DNA of 64,000 bases from contig CAYQFS010000001.1 of the NCBI GenBank assembly GCA_964416985.1, positions 19,413 to 83,412 of the forward strand, read 5' to 3'. This document shows positions 49,263 through 59,242 of this stretch, in pieces; positions within the stretch are counted from its first letter, which is position 1, and each line of letters begins with the position of its first letter. Under the pieces are notes generated by a model. That model was given only the letters and a program-made list of their open reading frames with translations. It had not been told where the DNA came from and made no database searches. The DNA is from an uncultured Candidatus Saccharibacteria bacterium. Lineage in GTDB: Bacteria; Patescibacteriota; Minisyncoccia; Phycocordibacterales; PALSA-1337. A program made the translations under genes and the position numbers.

Positions 49263-51008
49263 ATGTTCATTGAAGACTCCCAGCTCAATAAATTTATTCT
49301 TGATTCAAACCTTGTTTCAGAGGCTGATCTTCTGGCTGCAGAGAGCCAAGCGGAGGAAAAAGGGGTGCGTCTTGGGGACGTGCTTGTCAGTTCAGGCAAG
49401 ATTACCGAGGATAATCTTCGCAGAATGCAGGCCTATGTTCTTGGAATTCCTTTCGTCGACCTCAAGGATAAGAAAATACCCTTTGAAACACTCTCTCTTA
49501 TCCCTGAACCAGTAGCTCGAACGCACAATATTGTAGCGTTCAAGAAAAACGACGACTCTCTCGAAGTGGCGATGCTCGACGTCGACGACCTTTCGGCAAT
49601 CGATTTCATAAAAAAGAAGGTAAATCTAAAGATTCTTGCCAGACTTACAGATACCGAGTCGATCAAGAACGCAATTGTTCAGTATCAAAAAAGCCTTAAA
49701 GCGGAGTTCGGGGACATTATTCAAAAAGAATCCGAGACACTTAAAACTATTGCTGAGGAGAATGGGAACACTGCTTCGGAAGAGGATCTAAAAAAGATTG
49801 CTGAGGATTTGCCAGTAGTACGTATTGTCGATACGCTTTTGAAGCACGCCATTATCCAAAATGCTTCTGATATCCATATTGAACCAATGGATACAGAACT
49901 TCTTGTTCGATACCGTATTGATGGACTTCTTCATGATGCCATGGTTTTGCCAAAGAATGCTGAGCCTTCGATCACTGCCCGTATTAAGGTACTCTCAAAC
50001 CTTAAACTCGATGAAAAGCGATTGCCTCAGGACGGGCGATTCAAGATAGAAATGAACAATGAGAAAGTTTCTTTCCGTGTTTCTATCTTGCCGACGTACT
50101 ACGGAGAAAAAACAGTTATGCGACTTCTCCGAGAAAATGTTTCCGGATTTACTCTCGAGTATCTCGCTTTTCATGGGGAAGGACTTGATGCTATTCATCA
50201 TGCTGTGACTCAGACGACGGGAATGATCCTCACCACAGGGCCAACAGGTTCCGGAAAGACGACCACCCTCTATACGATTCTTGATATTTTGAATACTCCG
50301 GATGTAAATATTTCTACCATCGAGGATCCGGTTGAGTATCAAATGAAAAGAATCAACCAGACTCAAGTTAATCCTGATATTGGTTTCTCATTTGCTTCGG
50401 GACTTCGAACATTGGTGCGACAGGACCCAGACATCATCATGGTGGGAGAAATTCGAGATAATGAAACGGCAGCTTTGGCGGTCAATGCTTCTCTCACTGG
50501 ACACCTTGTGCTCTCTACACTTCACACCAACAGTGCCGCAGGGGCAATTCCTCGACTTCTCGATATGAAGATTGAGCCATTTCTTCTTGTTTCGACTATC
50601 AACATTATCATTGCTCAGAGACTTGTCCGACGTCTTTCTGAGAACAAAGAGAAGTATTTTCTTTCAAAGGCCGAACTTGAATCCCTTGGGAAGGCGGTCG
50701 ATCTTGGTCGGGTTTTGAATTTCCTCAAGACTGAAAAAATCATCAGAGAAGATTCCTGGGATAAAATAGCATTTTATAGGGCGGTCCCGGGCAAGGAGGA
50801 TGATGGTTACAAAGGTCGAATTGGAATTCACGAAGTTCTTCGTGTCACTCAGTCGATTCGAGAACTTATTATAAAAGGATCAACAACTGAGGAAATTGAA
50901 GGTCAGGCAAAGAAAGAGGGAATGCTTACGATGATCGAGGATGGAATTTTTAAGGCGGTTCAGGGTCACACCACGATTGAGGAGGTTTTGCGAGTCGTTT
51001 CAGAATAA
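49263..51008 (+). CDS. pilB: type IV pilus assembly ATPase PilB/GspE family
   Basis: 581 aa; GspE N-domain, Walker A TGPTGSGKTTTLY, Asp box, His box. Confidence 0.9.
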   Translation: MFIEDSQLNKFILDSNLVSEADLLAAESQAEEKGVRLGDVLVSSGKITEDNLRRMQAYVLGIPFVDLKDKKIPFETLSLIPEPVARTHNIVAFKKNDDSLEVAMLDVDDLSAIDFIKKKVNLKILARLTDTESIKNAIVQYQKSLKAEFGDIIQKESETLKTIAEENGNTASEEDLKKIAEDLPVVRIVDTLLKHAIIQNASDIHIEPMDTELLVRYRIDGLLHDAMVLPKNAEPSITARIKVLSNLKLDEKRLPQDGRFKIEMNNEKVSFRVSILPTYYGEKTVMRLLRENVSGFTLEYLAFHGEGLDAIHHAVTQTTGMILTTGPTGSGKTTTLYTILDILNTPDVNISTIEDPVEYQMKRINQTQVNPDIGFSFASGLRTLVRQDPDIIMVGEIRDNETAALAVNASLTGHLVLSTLHTNSAAGAIPRLLDMKIEPFLLVSTINIIIAQRLVRRLSENKEKYFLSKAELESLGKAVDLGRVLNFLKTEKIIREDSWDKIAFYRAVPGKEDDGYKGRIGIHEVLRVTQSIRELIIKGSTTEEIEGQAKKEGMLTMIEDGIFKAVQGHTTIEEVLRVVSE

Positions 51009-51014
51009 ATTTTT

Positions 51015-52235
51015 ATGGCACATTTTATTTTTAAAGCAAGAAAATCAGGAGGACAGGTCTACAAAGGCGAGCGGGATGCAAACGACCGCTACGAAATGTA
51101 TCGTATCCTCAAGCAATCCGGAGACGAGGTTCTTTCTGTTGAGGAGAGAAAGGGCTTTTCATTTTCAAAAATCTTTTCGACCTCGATTCCATTTCTAAAT
51201 GGCGTCAAAGCTCACGAGAAAATTATCTTTACGAGAAATCTTGGTTCAATGATCAAGGCCGGTCTTTCAATGTCGAGGGCTCTTACGGTTATGCAGAAGC
51301 AGGGAAAGAGCAAGCAGATAAAGAAGATTATCACTACTCTCATTGAAGAAATTAGCAAAGGAAAGACGTTGAGTGAGGCCATGGGTCTTTTCAAGAATAT
51401 GTTTTCTCCCCTCGTCATCTCGATGGTTCATTCTGGAGAGCAGAGTGGAACTTTGGCAGAGGCACTCAAGGTTGTCTCGACCCAAATGGACAAAAATTAT
51501 ACCCTTCAAAAGAGAATCCGTGGAGCCCTCATGTATCCTGGAATCATCCTTTGCGCAATGATCATTATTGCCATCATTCTTCTTACTTTCATCGTCCCTA
51601 CTCTTATGAAGACATTTTCGGAACTCAATTTGACTCTTCCGGCATCGACGAGGTTCATACTTTGGATAAGCTCGACCATTCAGAATCATGGAATCATTCT
51701 CTTTTTGGCAATTGTTATCATCGCAGGACTTCTCTATATCTGGTCTCGTCAAGAAAATGGAAAGAAGGTGATTCACTATGCTGTTCTTAAAATTCCTGTC
51801 ATTGGAAATTTGATAAAAGAAGTCAATGCTGCTCGTACAGCTCGATCCCTTTCATCTCTTGTTAACTCTGGAGTTGATGTTCTTGAGTCGATCAAGATCA
51901 CAACCGACATTGTTCAAAACGTTCATTATAAGAGAGTCCTCCAGGAGGCAGCGGTGAGTGTTGAGAAAGGAGAACCAATCTCAAAAATATTTACCGAAAA
52001 CGACAAGTTGTATCCTCTCTTTCTTGGTGAAATGATAAGCGTGGGAGAAGAGACAGGAAAAATAGGGGAGATGCTCCTTGGTGTGGCTGTGTATTATGAA
52101 GATGATGTTGATCAGAAGACGAAGGATATGTCGACGATTATCGAACCGGTACTTATGGTATTCATTGCTGCTGCCGTAGGATTTTTTGCTGTCGCCATGA
52201 TTTCTCCTATGTATTCGCTTGTAAATTCACTTTAG
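51015..52235 (+). CDS. pilC: type IV pilus platform protein PilC/GspF family
   Basis: 406 aa; two GspF repeats, 3-4 TM. Confidence 0.9.
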   Translation: MAHFIFKARKSGGQVYKGERDANDRYEMYRILKQSGDEVLSVEERKGFSFSKIFSTSIPFLNGVKAHEKIIFTRNLGSMIKAGLSMSRALTVMQKQGKSKQIKKIITTLIEEISKGKTLSEAMGLFKNMFSPLVISMVHSGEQSGTLAEALKVVSTQMDKNYTLQKRIRGALMYPGIILCAMIIIAIILLTFIVPTLMKTFSELNLTLPASTRFILWISSTIQNHGIILFLAIVIIAGLLYIWSRQENGKKVIHYAVLKIPVIGNLIKEVNAARTARSLSSLVNSGVDVLESIKITTDIVQNVHYKRVLQEAAVSVEKGEPISKIFTENDKLYPLFLGEMISVGEETGKIGEMLLGVAVYYEDDVDQKTKDMSTIIEPVLMVFIAAAVGFFAVAMISPMYSLVNSL

Positions 52236-52238
52236 ATC

Positions 52239-54038
52239 ATGATATCGAAAAAAGGATTCACTCTTCTTGAGGTACTCGTAAGCGCAGCAGTTTTTCTTAT
52301 AATTGCTGTTGCTTTGTATCGTACATACGCAAGTCTTTTCTCTCTCACAAGTGTGACACAGTTTAAGATCCTTGCCCTCAATGCAGCAAATGAGCAGTTT
52401 GAAATTATCCGGAATCTTCCATATGCAGATGTTGGAGAAGTGAACGGAATTCCAAATGGAAAAATTCCTCATTCGCAAACTGTTGTCCGTGGAGGGGTGA
52501 CATTTACTATTACTACAAATATCAGAAACGTCGATCTTCCGTTTGACGGAACTCTTGGAGGGAATCCAAACGATCTTTCACCAGCTGACAATAAACTTGC
52601 CGAGGTTCGTGTTGACTGTGCGACGTGCAAAAATTATGTGCCGATCACACTTACTACAACAGTCTCTCCTAAGAATCTCGAAACCGCTTCGACTAACGGT
52701 GCTCTTTTTATTAAAGTCTTTGACGCCAATGGTCTTCCGGTCTCGGGTGCAACAGTTCGTGTTGTAAATACAAAAGTCACACCAAATATTGTCGTCCAGG
52801 ATGAAACTGATGTAAACGGTATGCTCCAGATCGTCGATGTTCCGCCTGGAGTGCAAGCCTATTCGATTACGGTTTCAAAGTCCGGTTATTCTACTGCTCG
52901 AACATATCCTCCTGGAGGTACTGTCAACGGATATTTAAATCCAACTCCAACCCAGCCTGATTCAACGGTCGTCGTCCAGCAAGTAACACAAGTCAGTTTC
53001 GCTATTGATCGTGTAAGTACCCTTTCATTCAAAAGTGTTTCTCCGACGTGTACTCCAGTTGGCGGTCTCGATTTTAATCTATTTGGATCAAAAACAGTCG
53101 GTGTAGGTATACCAAAATTTATTACAAATCTCGTGACTGACGGAGCAGGGAATTATTCAAGTACGACGATGGAATGGGATTCCTACAATGTCACAGGGAT
53201 CGACACGACATACGATATAGTAGGTATCAATCCACTGAACCTTATTCCTCTAAATCCAAACAGTAACCAAGATGTAAAATTGATCGTCATTCCAAAAGAT
53301 CCGAGAAGCCTTCTCATTACTGTAAAAGACAGCTCGACGTTACTTCCTTTGACGGGAACAACAGTCGACGTCACTGGACCATCTTCATATTCAAGTTCTA
53401 AAGTAACTGATAGGGGATATATAAATCAGACTGATTGGTCAGGGGGAGCTGGGCAGGATATGTACAGCAACCCAAACCAGTATTTTCTCGATAATGCGAG
53501 CGTGGCTGTTGATTCCCCGACGGGCGAAATTAAACTCAGAACCATTTTTGGATCATATGCTCCGTCTGGAACTCTCGAGTCTTCTACGATTGATACCGGT
53601 TCTCCAAGTAACTTTTATAATTTAATCTGGGCGCCAACAGACCAGCCGGTAGCTACGGGTTCAACGAGCCTCAAATTCCAGATTGCTACAAATAAGGAAC
53701 TAACGGCAACATCAACATGGGATTACAAGGGTCCCGACGGGACTTCTGCGACATATTACACTCCCGAAAATTCTGTCATCAACAGCATCCATAATGGAGA
53801 TCAGTACGTTCGTTACAAGGCTTTTCTTTCGACACTTTCTGCGACATCAACACCAAATGTCTCTGATATTGCTTTCACATTTACTTCGTCATGCACACCA
53901 CCAGGACAAGTTGTTTTTTCGGGACTCTCTGCCGGAACATATCATGTGACTGTCTCAAAAAATGGCTATACCACGACACAGATTGATGTTCCTGTATCCT
54001 CTAACTGGACTGAGCAGCAGATAATTCTTGCACCCTAA
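52239..54038 (+). CDS. large prepilin-type (class III signal) pseudopilin with beta-rich extracellular domains
   Basis: MISKKGFTLLEVLVSAAVFLIIAV prepilin cleavage/methylation motif (G|FTLLE); 599 aa. Confidence 0.7.
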   Translation: MISKKGFTLLEVLVSAAVFLIIAVALYRTYASLFSLTSVTQFKILALNAANEQFEIIRNLPYADVGEVNGIPNGKIPHSQTVVRGGVTFTITTNIRNVDLPFDGTLGGNPNDLSPADNKLAEVRVDCATCKNYVPITLTTTVSPKNLETASTNGALFIKVFDANGLPVSGATVRVVNTKVTPNIVVQDETDVNGMLQIVDVPPGVQAYSITVSKSGYSTARTYPPGGTVNGYLNPTPTQPDSTVVVQQVTQVSFAIDRVSTLSFKSVSPTCTPVGGLDFNLFGSKTVGVGIPKFITNLVTDGAGNYSSTTMEWDSYNVTGIDTTYDIVGINPLNLIPLNPNSNQDVKLIVIPKDPRSLLITVKDSSTLLPLTGTTVDVTGPSSYSSSKVTDRGYINQTDWSGGAGQDMYSNPNQYFLDNASVAVDSPTGEIKLRTIFGSYAPSGTLESSTIDTGSPSNFYNLIWAPTDQPVATGSTSLKFQIATNKELTATSTWDYKGPDGTSATYYTPENSVINSIHNGDQYVRYKAFLSTLSATSTPNVSDIAFTFTSSCTPPGQVVFSGLSAGTYHVTVSKNGYTTTQIDVPVSSNWTEQQIILAP

Positions 54039-54670
54039 TGATTTTCATTATGTTTTTTAAAAGGCCACACAAGCATGCAAAAGGATTTACTCTCGTTGAG
54101 ATACTTATTGCTGTCGCCATTTTTATTGTAATTATATACACAGTTGGATCATTGCAGACAAATATTTTGACATATGACAAATATGCGAGCGATGTTATTT
54201 CGAGTGCACAGGATGCGCGAGTGATTCTTCGAAATATTGTCCAGGAACTTCGTTCTTCCAAGACTGGGAACAATGGCTCGTATCCAATTGCCCAAGCAGC
54301 TACAAGCACCATAGTTTTTTATAGCGATATCGATGTTGATGGTCTACAGGAGCAAGTTCGCTACTTCATCAGTTCGAATAATTTGAAGAAAGGAGTAGTA
54401 AAGCCCTCAGGTTCTCCTCTTGGCTATGATGGTGCTGAGACTGTCACGACATTGGCGTATAATATAAAGAATGGGACATCGACTGCTCTCTTTGAGTATT
54501 TCGATAGCAACTACAATGGCACGTCGAGTCCATTGAGCCAGCCGGTAGTCGTCAATGCAGTCCGTCTTGTAAGAATTAATCTTCTCATTGATGCTGATCC
54601 ACGACGATCTCCGATTCCTCGTCTTTATACATCGGATGCCACACTTCGAAATCTTAAAGATAATCTATGA
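54038..54670 (+). CDS. prepilin-type minor pilin
   Basis: KGFTLVEILIAVAIFIVIIY N-terminal motif. Confidence 0.7.
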   Translation: MIFIMFFKRPHKHAKGFTLVEILIAVAIFIVIIYTVGSLQTNILTYDKYASDVISSAQDARVILRNIVQELRSSKTGNNGSYPIAQAATSTIVFYSDIDVDGLQEQVRYFISSNNLKKGVVKPSGSPLGYDGAETVTTLAYNIKNGTSTALFEYFDSNYNGTSSPLSQPVVVNAVRLVRINLLIDADPRRSPIPRLYTSDATLRNLKDNL

Positions 54671-56139
54671 AATATTTTGACAAAAAAATGCAATTTGAAA
54701 CTTCAAAAGGAATCATTCTTTTGAATGTGCTCGTTTTTTCTGTGATCGCGATTATCGTGACTATGGCTCTCATCAACTGGGCAACAGCGACTCTTCGAAG
54801 CTCGAAACAGCTTGGTGCTCGTGAACAGGCATTCCAGATTGCCGAAGCCGGAATCGATTACTATAGATGGCATCTTGCTCATGCCCAGTCTGACTATACA
54901 GATGGGATCTCAACAACTACTACCGGTCCGTTCATCCATGCCTTTAAAGATAAGGATGGAAATGCTCTTGGGCAATATGAACTGACGATCACTCCACCTC
55001 CTATTGGCTCAACAGTCGTAAAAATAAAATCAAAGGGGACTGTCGTCGAAGATCCAAAAGTTTCTCGAACGATTCAGGTGACGCTCGCTATCCCTTCTCT
55101 TGCAAAATATGCTGTTGCCGCAAACGACATTATGAGATTTGGAGAGGGGACAGAGATTTTTGGACCGATTCATTCAAATGACGGAATTCGTTTTGATGGA
55201 ATTGCACACAATGTTATTACCAGTGCAAAAGATAAATATATTGATCCTGATCAAGGAACTCATAACCCTTCATGGTATCAGTTTGGAGTATATACAACGG
55301 TTAATCCAGCTGAGACGAATAATGATACCACTCCTCCAAGTAATGTTCCCAATCGCCCTGACGTCTTTATGGCTGGGCGACAGTTTCCTGTTCCAGCAAT
55401 TGACTTTGTCGGTCTCACAACAAATCTCTCTCAGATGAAGAGTGCTGCTCAATCGAATGGAAGATATTTTGCAGCATCTGGAGCACAGGGGTATTACATT
55501 CTCCTTAAAAATAATGACACCTTCGATCTTTACAAGGTCACGGCTTTGACAAATGCTTCGAATAACTGCACAAATGACAACCAGAATCAAGATAATTGGG
55601 GAACGTGGAGCATTTCAACAAAGACATTTATGGCAAACTACGCCTTTCCTGCAAATGGAATTATTTTTCTTGAGGATCATGTTTGGATTGATGGGAAAAT
55701 AAATACGGCTCGTCTCACCATTGCTGCCGGGAAATTTCCTGATAGTCCCTCAACCCGAAAAAGTATTACTATCAACAAAGATCTTGAGTACACAAATTAT
55801 GATGGTCAGGATACTGTCGCTCTCATCTCACAAGGGGATATTAACGCTGGCCTCTCAAGCGATGATGATATGAGGATTGACGCAGCTCTCATTGCTCAGA
55901 ATGGACGAATTGGCCGCTACTATTATTCAAGCAGATGCGGCACGGGCTACACTAGGACAAAAATTACTCTCTATGGAATGATCGCAAGCAACAAACGCTA
56001 TGGTTTTGCTTACACTGATGGAACAGGCTATCAGGCACGAAGTATCATCTACGATTCAAACCTTTTGTATGCTCCTCCGCCCAACTTTCCTCTTACATCG
56101 AGCCAGTATACAACAATCTCTTGGGATGAAGTTAAGTAG
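54667..56139 (+). CDS. PilX-N-domain minor pilin/pilus assembly protein
   Basis: N-terminal TM then SSKQLGAREQAFQIAEAG (PilX_N-like). Confidence 0.6.
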   Translation: MKYFDKKMQFETSKGIILLNVLVFSVIAIIVTMALINWATATLRSSKQLGAREQAFQIAEAGIDYYRWHLAHAQSDYTDGISTTTTGPFIHAFKDKDGNALGQYELTITPPPIGSTVVKIKSKGTVVEDPKVSRTIQVTLAIPSLAKYAVAANDIMRFGEGTEIFGPIHSNDGIRFDGIAHNVITSAKDKYIDPDQGTHNPSWYQFGVYTTVNPAETNNDTTPPSNVPNRPDVFMAGRQFPVPAIDFVGLTTNLSQMKSAAQSNGRYFAASGAQGYYILLKNNDTFDLYKVTALTNASNNCTNDNQNQDNWGTWSISTKTFMANYAFPANGIIFLEDHVWIDGKINTARLTIAAGKFPDSPSTRKSITINKDLEYTNYDGQDTVALISQGDINAGLSSDDDMRIDAALIAQNGRIGRYYYSSRCGTGYTRTKITLYGMIASNKRYGFAYTDGTGYQARSIIYDSNLLYAPPPNFPLTSSQYTTISWDEVK

Positions 56140-56199
56140 GATGTATGAAGCAGGTAGTACGAGTAGAGCGCCCGTGACCCCCGTGGTATACTTTTTGGT

Positions 56200-56958
56200 A
56201 TGAAAAGAAAAATTATTGTCGGAAATTGGAAAATGCGGCCTGTGCACCTCGATGAAGCAAAGAGAGTATTTGGAGCAATCAAGAGAACTGCAGTGAAACT
56301 TTCCTCGACTCACGTCGTTATTTGCCCCTCTTTTACTTATATAGATGCTCTTAGAGCAAAAAGGGGACCAGCAGTTGTAGGGATCGGAGCACAGAATGCG
56401 TATTTTGAACAAGAAGGCTCATTTACCGGAGAAGTTAGCCCGACAATGCTTCATGATATGGGAGTGACTCATGTTATTCTTGGTCATTCAGAACGGCGCG
56501 AAATGGGAGAGACTGATGAAATGATTTCAAAAAAAGTTCAAGCTGTACTTGATGCAGGAATGCATCCGATTCTTTGTGTTGGTGAAAAAGAGAGGGATGC
56601 TCAAGCGCTTTATCTAAATACCCTTCGAACTCAGATCAAAAATTCTCTCGCAAAGATTCCAAAGAGGCTTGCAGGACAGCTCATTGTGGCGTACGAACCG
56701 GTTTGGGCAATCGGGGCCAAGGATCCAATGGATCCAGCGACCATTCAGGAAATGAGCATTTTTGTAAAGAAAACAATTTCTGAGATGTATGGCCATGACA
56801 ATGGCATAGCGACGCCGATTCTTTACGGCGGAGCGGTGAACTTTAGAAATGCGGGGGATATTATCGCAAGGGGAGGCGTTGACGGACTTCTTGTTGGAAG
56901 GGAAAGCGTCAATGCCCCTGGTTTTACAGAACTTCTTAAAACGGTTGATTCTATATAA
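56200..56958 (+). CDS. tpiA: triosephosphate isomerase
   Basis: IVGNWKM, catalytic His/Glu loop, GGAVN; -10 TGgTATACT 9 nt upstream of ATG (possibly leaderless). Confidence 0.9.
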   Translation: MKRKIIVGNWKMRPVHLDEAKRVFGAIKRTAVKLSSTHVVICPSFTYIDALRAKRGPAVVGIGAQNAYFEQEGSFTGEVSPTMLHDMGVTHVILGHSERREMGETDEMISKKVQAVLDAGMHPILCVGEKERDAQALYLNTLRTQIKNSLAKIPKRLAGQLIVAYEPVWAIGAKDPMDPATIQEMSIFVKKTISEMYGHDNGIATPILYGGAVNFRNAGDIIARGGVDGLLVGRESVNAPGFTELLKTVDSI

Positions 56959-56969
56959 TTAAACCTATC

Positions 56970-58103
56970 ATGAACTATCTCAGAGATTTGAAAAATTTGG
57001 CAGGGGTAAAAGTTCTCGTGAGGCTTGATCTCAACGTGCCTGTGTACAATGGAAAGGTTGTCGATGATTTTAGAATTAGGAAGATTTTGCCAACTATCGC
57101 ATTTCTTCAGGAACAAAAAGCAAAAATCATTTTGATGAGCCATATCGAGAGTCCAGCAGACAATCCTTCTCTTGTCCCTGTAGCTGAGCACTTGAAGGAG
57201 CTTGGTATCGAGTGTATTTTTGTTAAAAATTATAAAAATGCTCTTGTTTCAATCGAAAAACTCTCCCCGGGCTGCATTATGCTTCTTGAGAATCTTCGTG
57301 AATACGAGGGAGAAAAGAAAAATGACAAAGCTTTTGCGAAGGAGCTCGCTTCTCTTGGAGACATTTATGTAAATGATGCATTTGCAGTCTCTCATCGTGC
57401 TCATGCCTCTGTTTCAGCTATTACAAAGTTTCTTCCAAGCTACGCCGGACTTCTTTTCGAAAAGGAAATTGAGCACTTGGGAAGCGCTTTCAATCCTGAT
57501 CATCCATTTCTTTTTATTCTTGCTGGGGCAAAGTTCGAGACAAAGCTTCCACTCATTGAGAAATTCATTGAGATTGCTGATCATGTTTTTGTTGGAGGTG
57601 CTCTCGCAAACAATTTTTTCAAAGAGCAGGGAAAAGAAATAGGGAGATCGATGGTTTCTCCTGAGAATTTTAACCTCGATCGTTTCATGAAGAGTCCAAA
57701 ACTCCTTCTTCCTCCGGACACTCTCGTTGTTGATGGCGTAACTTCTGTCAAAAAAGTTGGGTCAATCAAATCTGATGAAATTATGTATGATGCCGGCCCC
57801 GAAACTCTCGCTATGCTCGAAAAAGCTGTTGGAGCGGCAAACTATATTCTCTGGAACGGTCCTCTCGGCGCGTATGAGCAAGGCTATAAACAGCCGACTC
57901 TCGAACTTGCACGAATGATTGCACAGGCCACAGCTCGTGGCGCAAAATCGATCCTCGGAGGAGGGGATACGCTCGCCACAGTGGCTGAACTTAACTTCGA
58001 AGACAAATTTACATTTGTTTCGACAGGAGGAGGAGCTATGCTCGAGTATCTCGCGAAGGGGACATTGCCAGGAATAGAGGCGCTTGAGGAGGTGAAGGTT
58101 TAG
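56970..58103 (+). CDS. pgk: phosphoglycerate kinase
   Basis: 377 aa; N-terminal RxDxN..P, C-terminal GGGA/GGGD nucleotide motifs. Confidence 0.95.
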   Translation: MNYLRDLKNLAGVKVLVRLDLNVPVYNGKVVDDFRIRKILPTIAFLQEQKAKIILMSHIESPADNPSLVPVAEHLKELGIECIFVKNYKNALVSIEKLSPGCIMLLENLREYEGEKKNDKAFAKELASLGDIYVNDAFAVSHRAHASVSAITKFLPSYAGLLFEKEIEHLGSAFNPDHPFLFILAGAKFETKLPLIEKFIEIADHVFVGGALANNFFKEQGKEIGRSMVSPENFNLDRFMKSPKLLLPPDTLVVDGVTSVKKVGSIKSDEIMYDAGPETLAMLEKAVGAANYILWNGPLGAYEQGYKQPTLELARMIAQATARGAKSILGGGDTLATVAELNFEDKFTFVSTGGGAMLEYLAKGTLPGIEALEEVKV

Positions 58104-58463
58104 TTACAACTCCTTTCTTATTTTTTCCGCATTTTCTTTAAAATCCTTCGGGTCTCCTTGCACCTCTCTGTTTGGAAATACCCAGATGTGAGCATGGGGG
58201 ACTTCGTCGCCGACTATCTTGCTGAGGATAAAATTTGTATCAAAAGCCTTGCGCTGGGTAAGAGCAATTTTCTTTGCAACTTCAAAATACGCTCCTACAT
58301 TTTCATAATCCCAAACCCATCGAACGTGCTTTTTGGGAATGACTTGGCAGTGGCCGGGGGATTGAGGATGTATATCGAGAAAGGCAATAAAATCCTTGTC
58401 TTCATAGACAATTTCCGCCGGAATTTCTTTTTTAACTATTTTGCAAAAGATACAATTTTCCAT
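58104..58463 (-). CDS. HIT-family (histidine triad) hydrolase
   Basis: 119 aa; HVPHAHIWV (HxHxHxx) triad. Confidence 0.85.
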   Translation of the reverse strand: MENCIFCKIVKKEIPAEIVYEDKDFIAFLDIHPQSPGHCQVIPKKHVRWVWDYENVGAYFEVAKKIALTQRKAFDTNFILSKIVGDEVPHAHIWVFPNREVQGDPKDFKENAEKIRKEL

Positions 58464-58486
58464 GGATTGATTATATCAAATAAAAG

Positions 58487-58517
58487 GCAACCTCGGCTTT
58501 GTGGGCCGAGGTTTGTG
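58487..58517. terminator. bidirectional rho-independent terminator
   Basis: cctcggc-tttgtgg-gccgagg followed by tttgtgattcttttt; T-rich on both sides. Confidence 0.55.
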
Positions 58518-58529
58518 ATTCTTTTTGAA

Positions 58530-59087
58530 TCAGGGACGGAATTTGACAGAGCCTTTCCCTCGAGAGTTCGTTGCAAGTCTCATGATCGGTGCTGGTGGAG
58601 GAGTCAGACAATCAAGGATGTGGCGAGGAAGGGCGTAGGGGCCATCTGTGGCGATCGATATACAAGGATGTCTCAAACCGATTGCACGCAAAGTGGCGAT
58701 TGTCTCTACTTCCCATTCTGGATCAAATGGGCCTAGGATTTTAGTACCTCCTGTTCTACTTCGCTCAAAGCATTCCTCGCAACGATCCTTCCTTTGAAGG
58801 AAAAAGCCAAAGGGGATGGAGGTGATTCCGTGGACGACCATTCCTGTTGTTCCAAGAGAAGGTAGAGGGGTAGCCCAATCTGCATTTGGCAAATCAAACT
58901 TTGCAACCATACTGCTACAAATTCCCACGAACATGCCTTTTCGAAGAGTGCCTGTAACAGGAGGATGTTGCCCAGTACCGGCCATTCTACAGACTACAGG
59001 GCTTGAAACAGTATCCTTGATAGTCACTCGGTATAACGAATTTAGTGTAACAAAGAGAAAAGTTCCAGTGAAAGGAGTTGGGAGCAT
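58530..59087 (-). CDS. hypothetical 185-aa protein on GC-rich island
   Basis: AGGAA RBS 6 nt upstream; GC 52-57%; CxxC (RCEEC) but no family assigned. Confidence 0.4.
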   Translation of the reverse strand: MLPTPFTGTFLFVTLNSLYRVTIKDTVSSPVVCRMAGTGQHPPVTGTLRKGMFVGICSSMVAKFDLPNADWATPLPSLGTTGMVVHGITSIPFGFFLQRKDRCEECFERSRTGGTKILGPFDPEWEVETIATLRAIGLRHPCISIATDGPYALPRHILDCLTPPPAPIMRLATNSRGKGSVKFRP

Positions 59088-59242
59088 TGGATTCCTGTAA
59101 AATTTTTAGCTTAGAATCATGGCTAAGTTTGTTGCATTTCACCAAGCAAAAATGTTGCAAGGAGCGATTCCATAAAACCTTACTCTTTACAAGAGGGTGT
59201 GTCAATGATATCTGTGCAAAGCAGAGTGATATACTTGTACCC

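Noticed and set aside
49022-49515. 125-aa - ORF and 159-aa + ORF overlapping the nusA-pilB intergenic region
   Set aside because: They overlap the structured GC-rich leader and the pilB start. They have no RBS support and low-complexity translations.
58158-58736. 192-aa + strand ORF
   Set aside because: Its first 300 nt are antisense to the well-supported HIT-family gene (58104-58463). The remainder overlaps the terminator hairpin, so it is most likely spurious.
58470-59100. GC-rich island as a structured RNA gene instead of protein-coding
   Set aside because: No RNase P, tmRNA, SRP or 6S signature motifs were found on either strand. A 185-aa ORF with a good RBS is present, so the protein-coding interpretation is kept, with low confidence.
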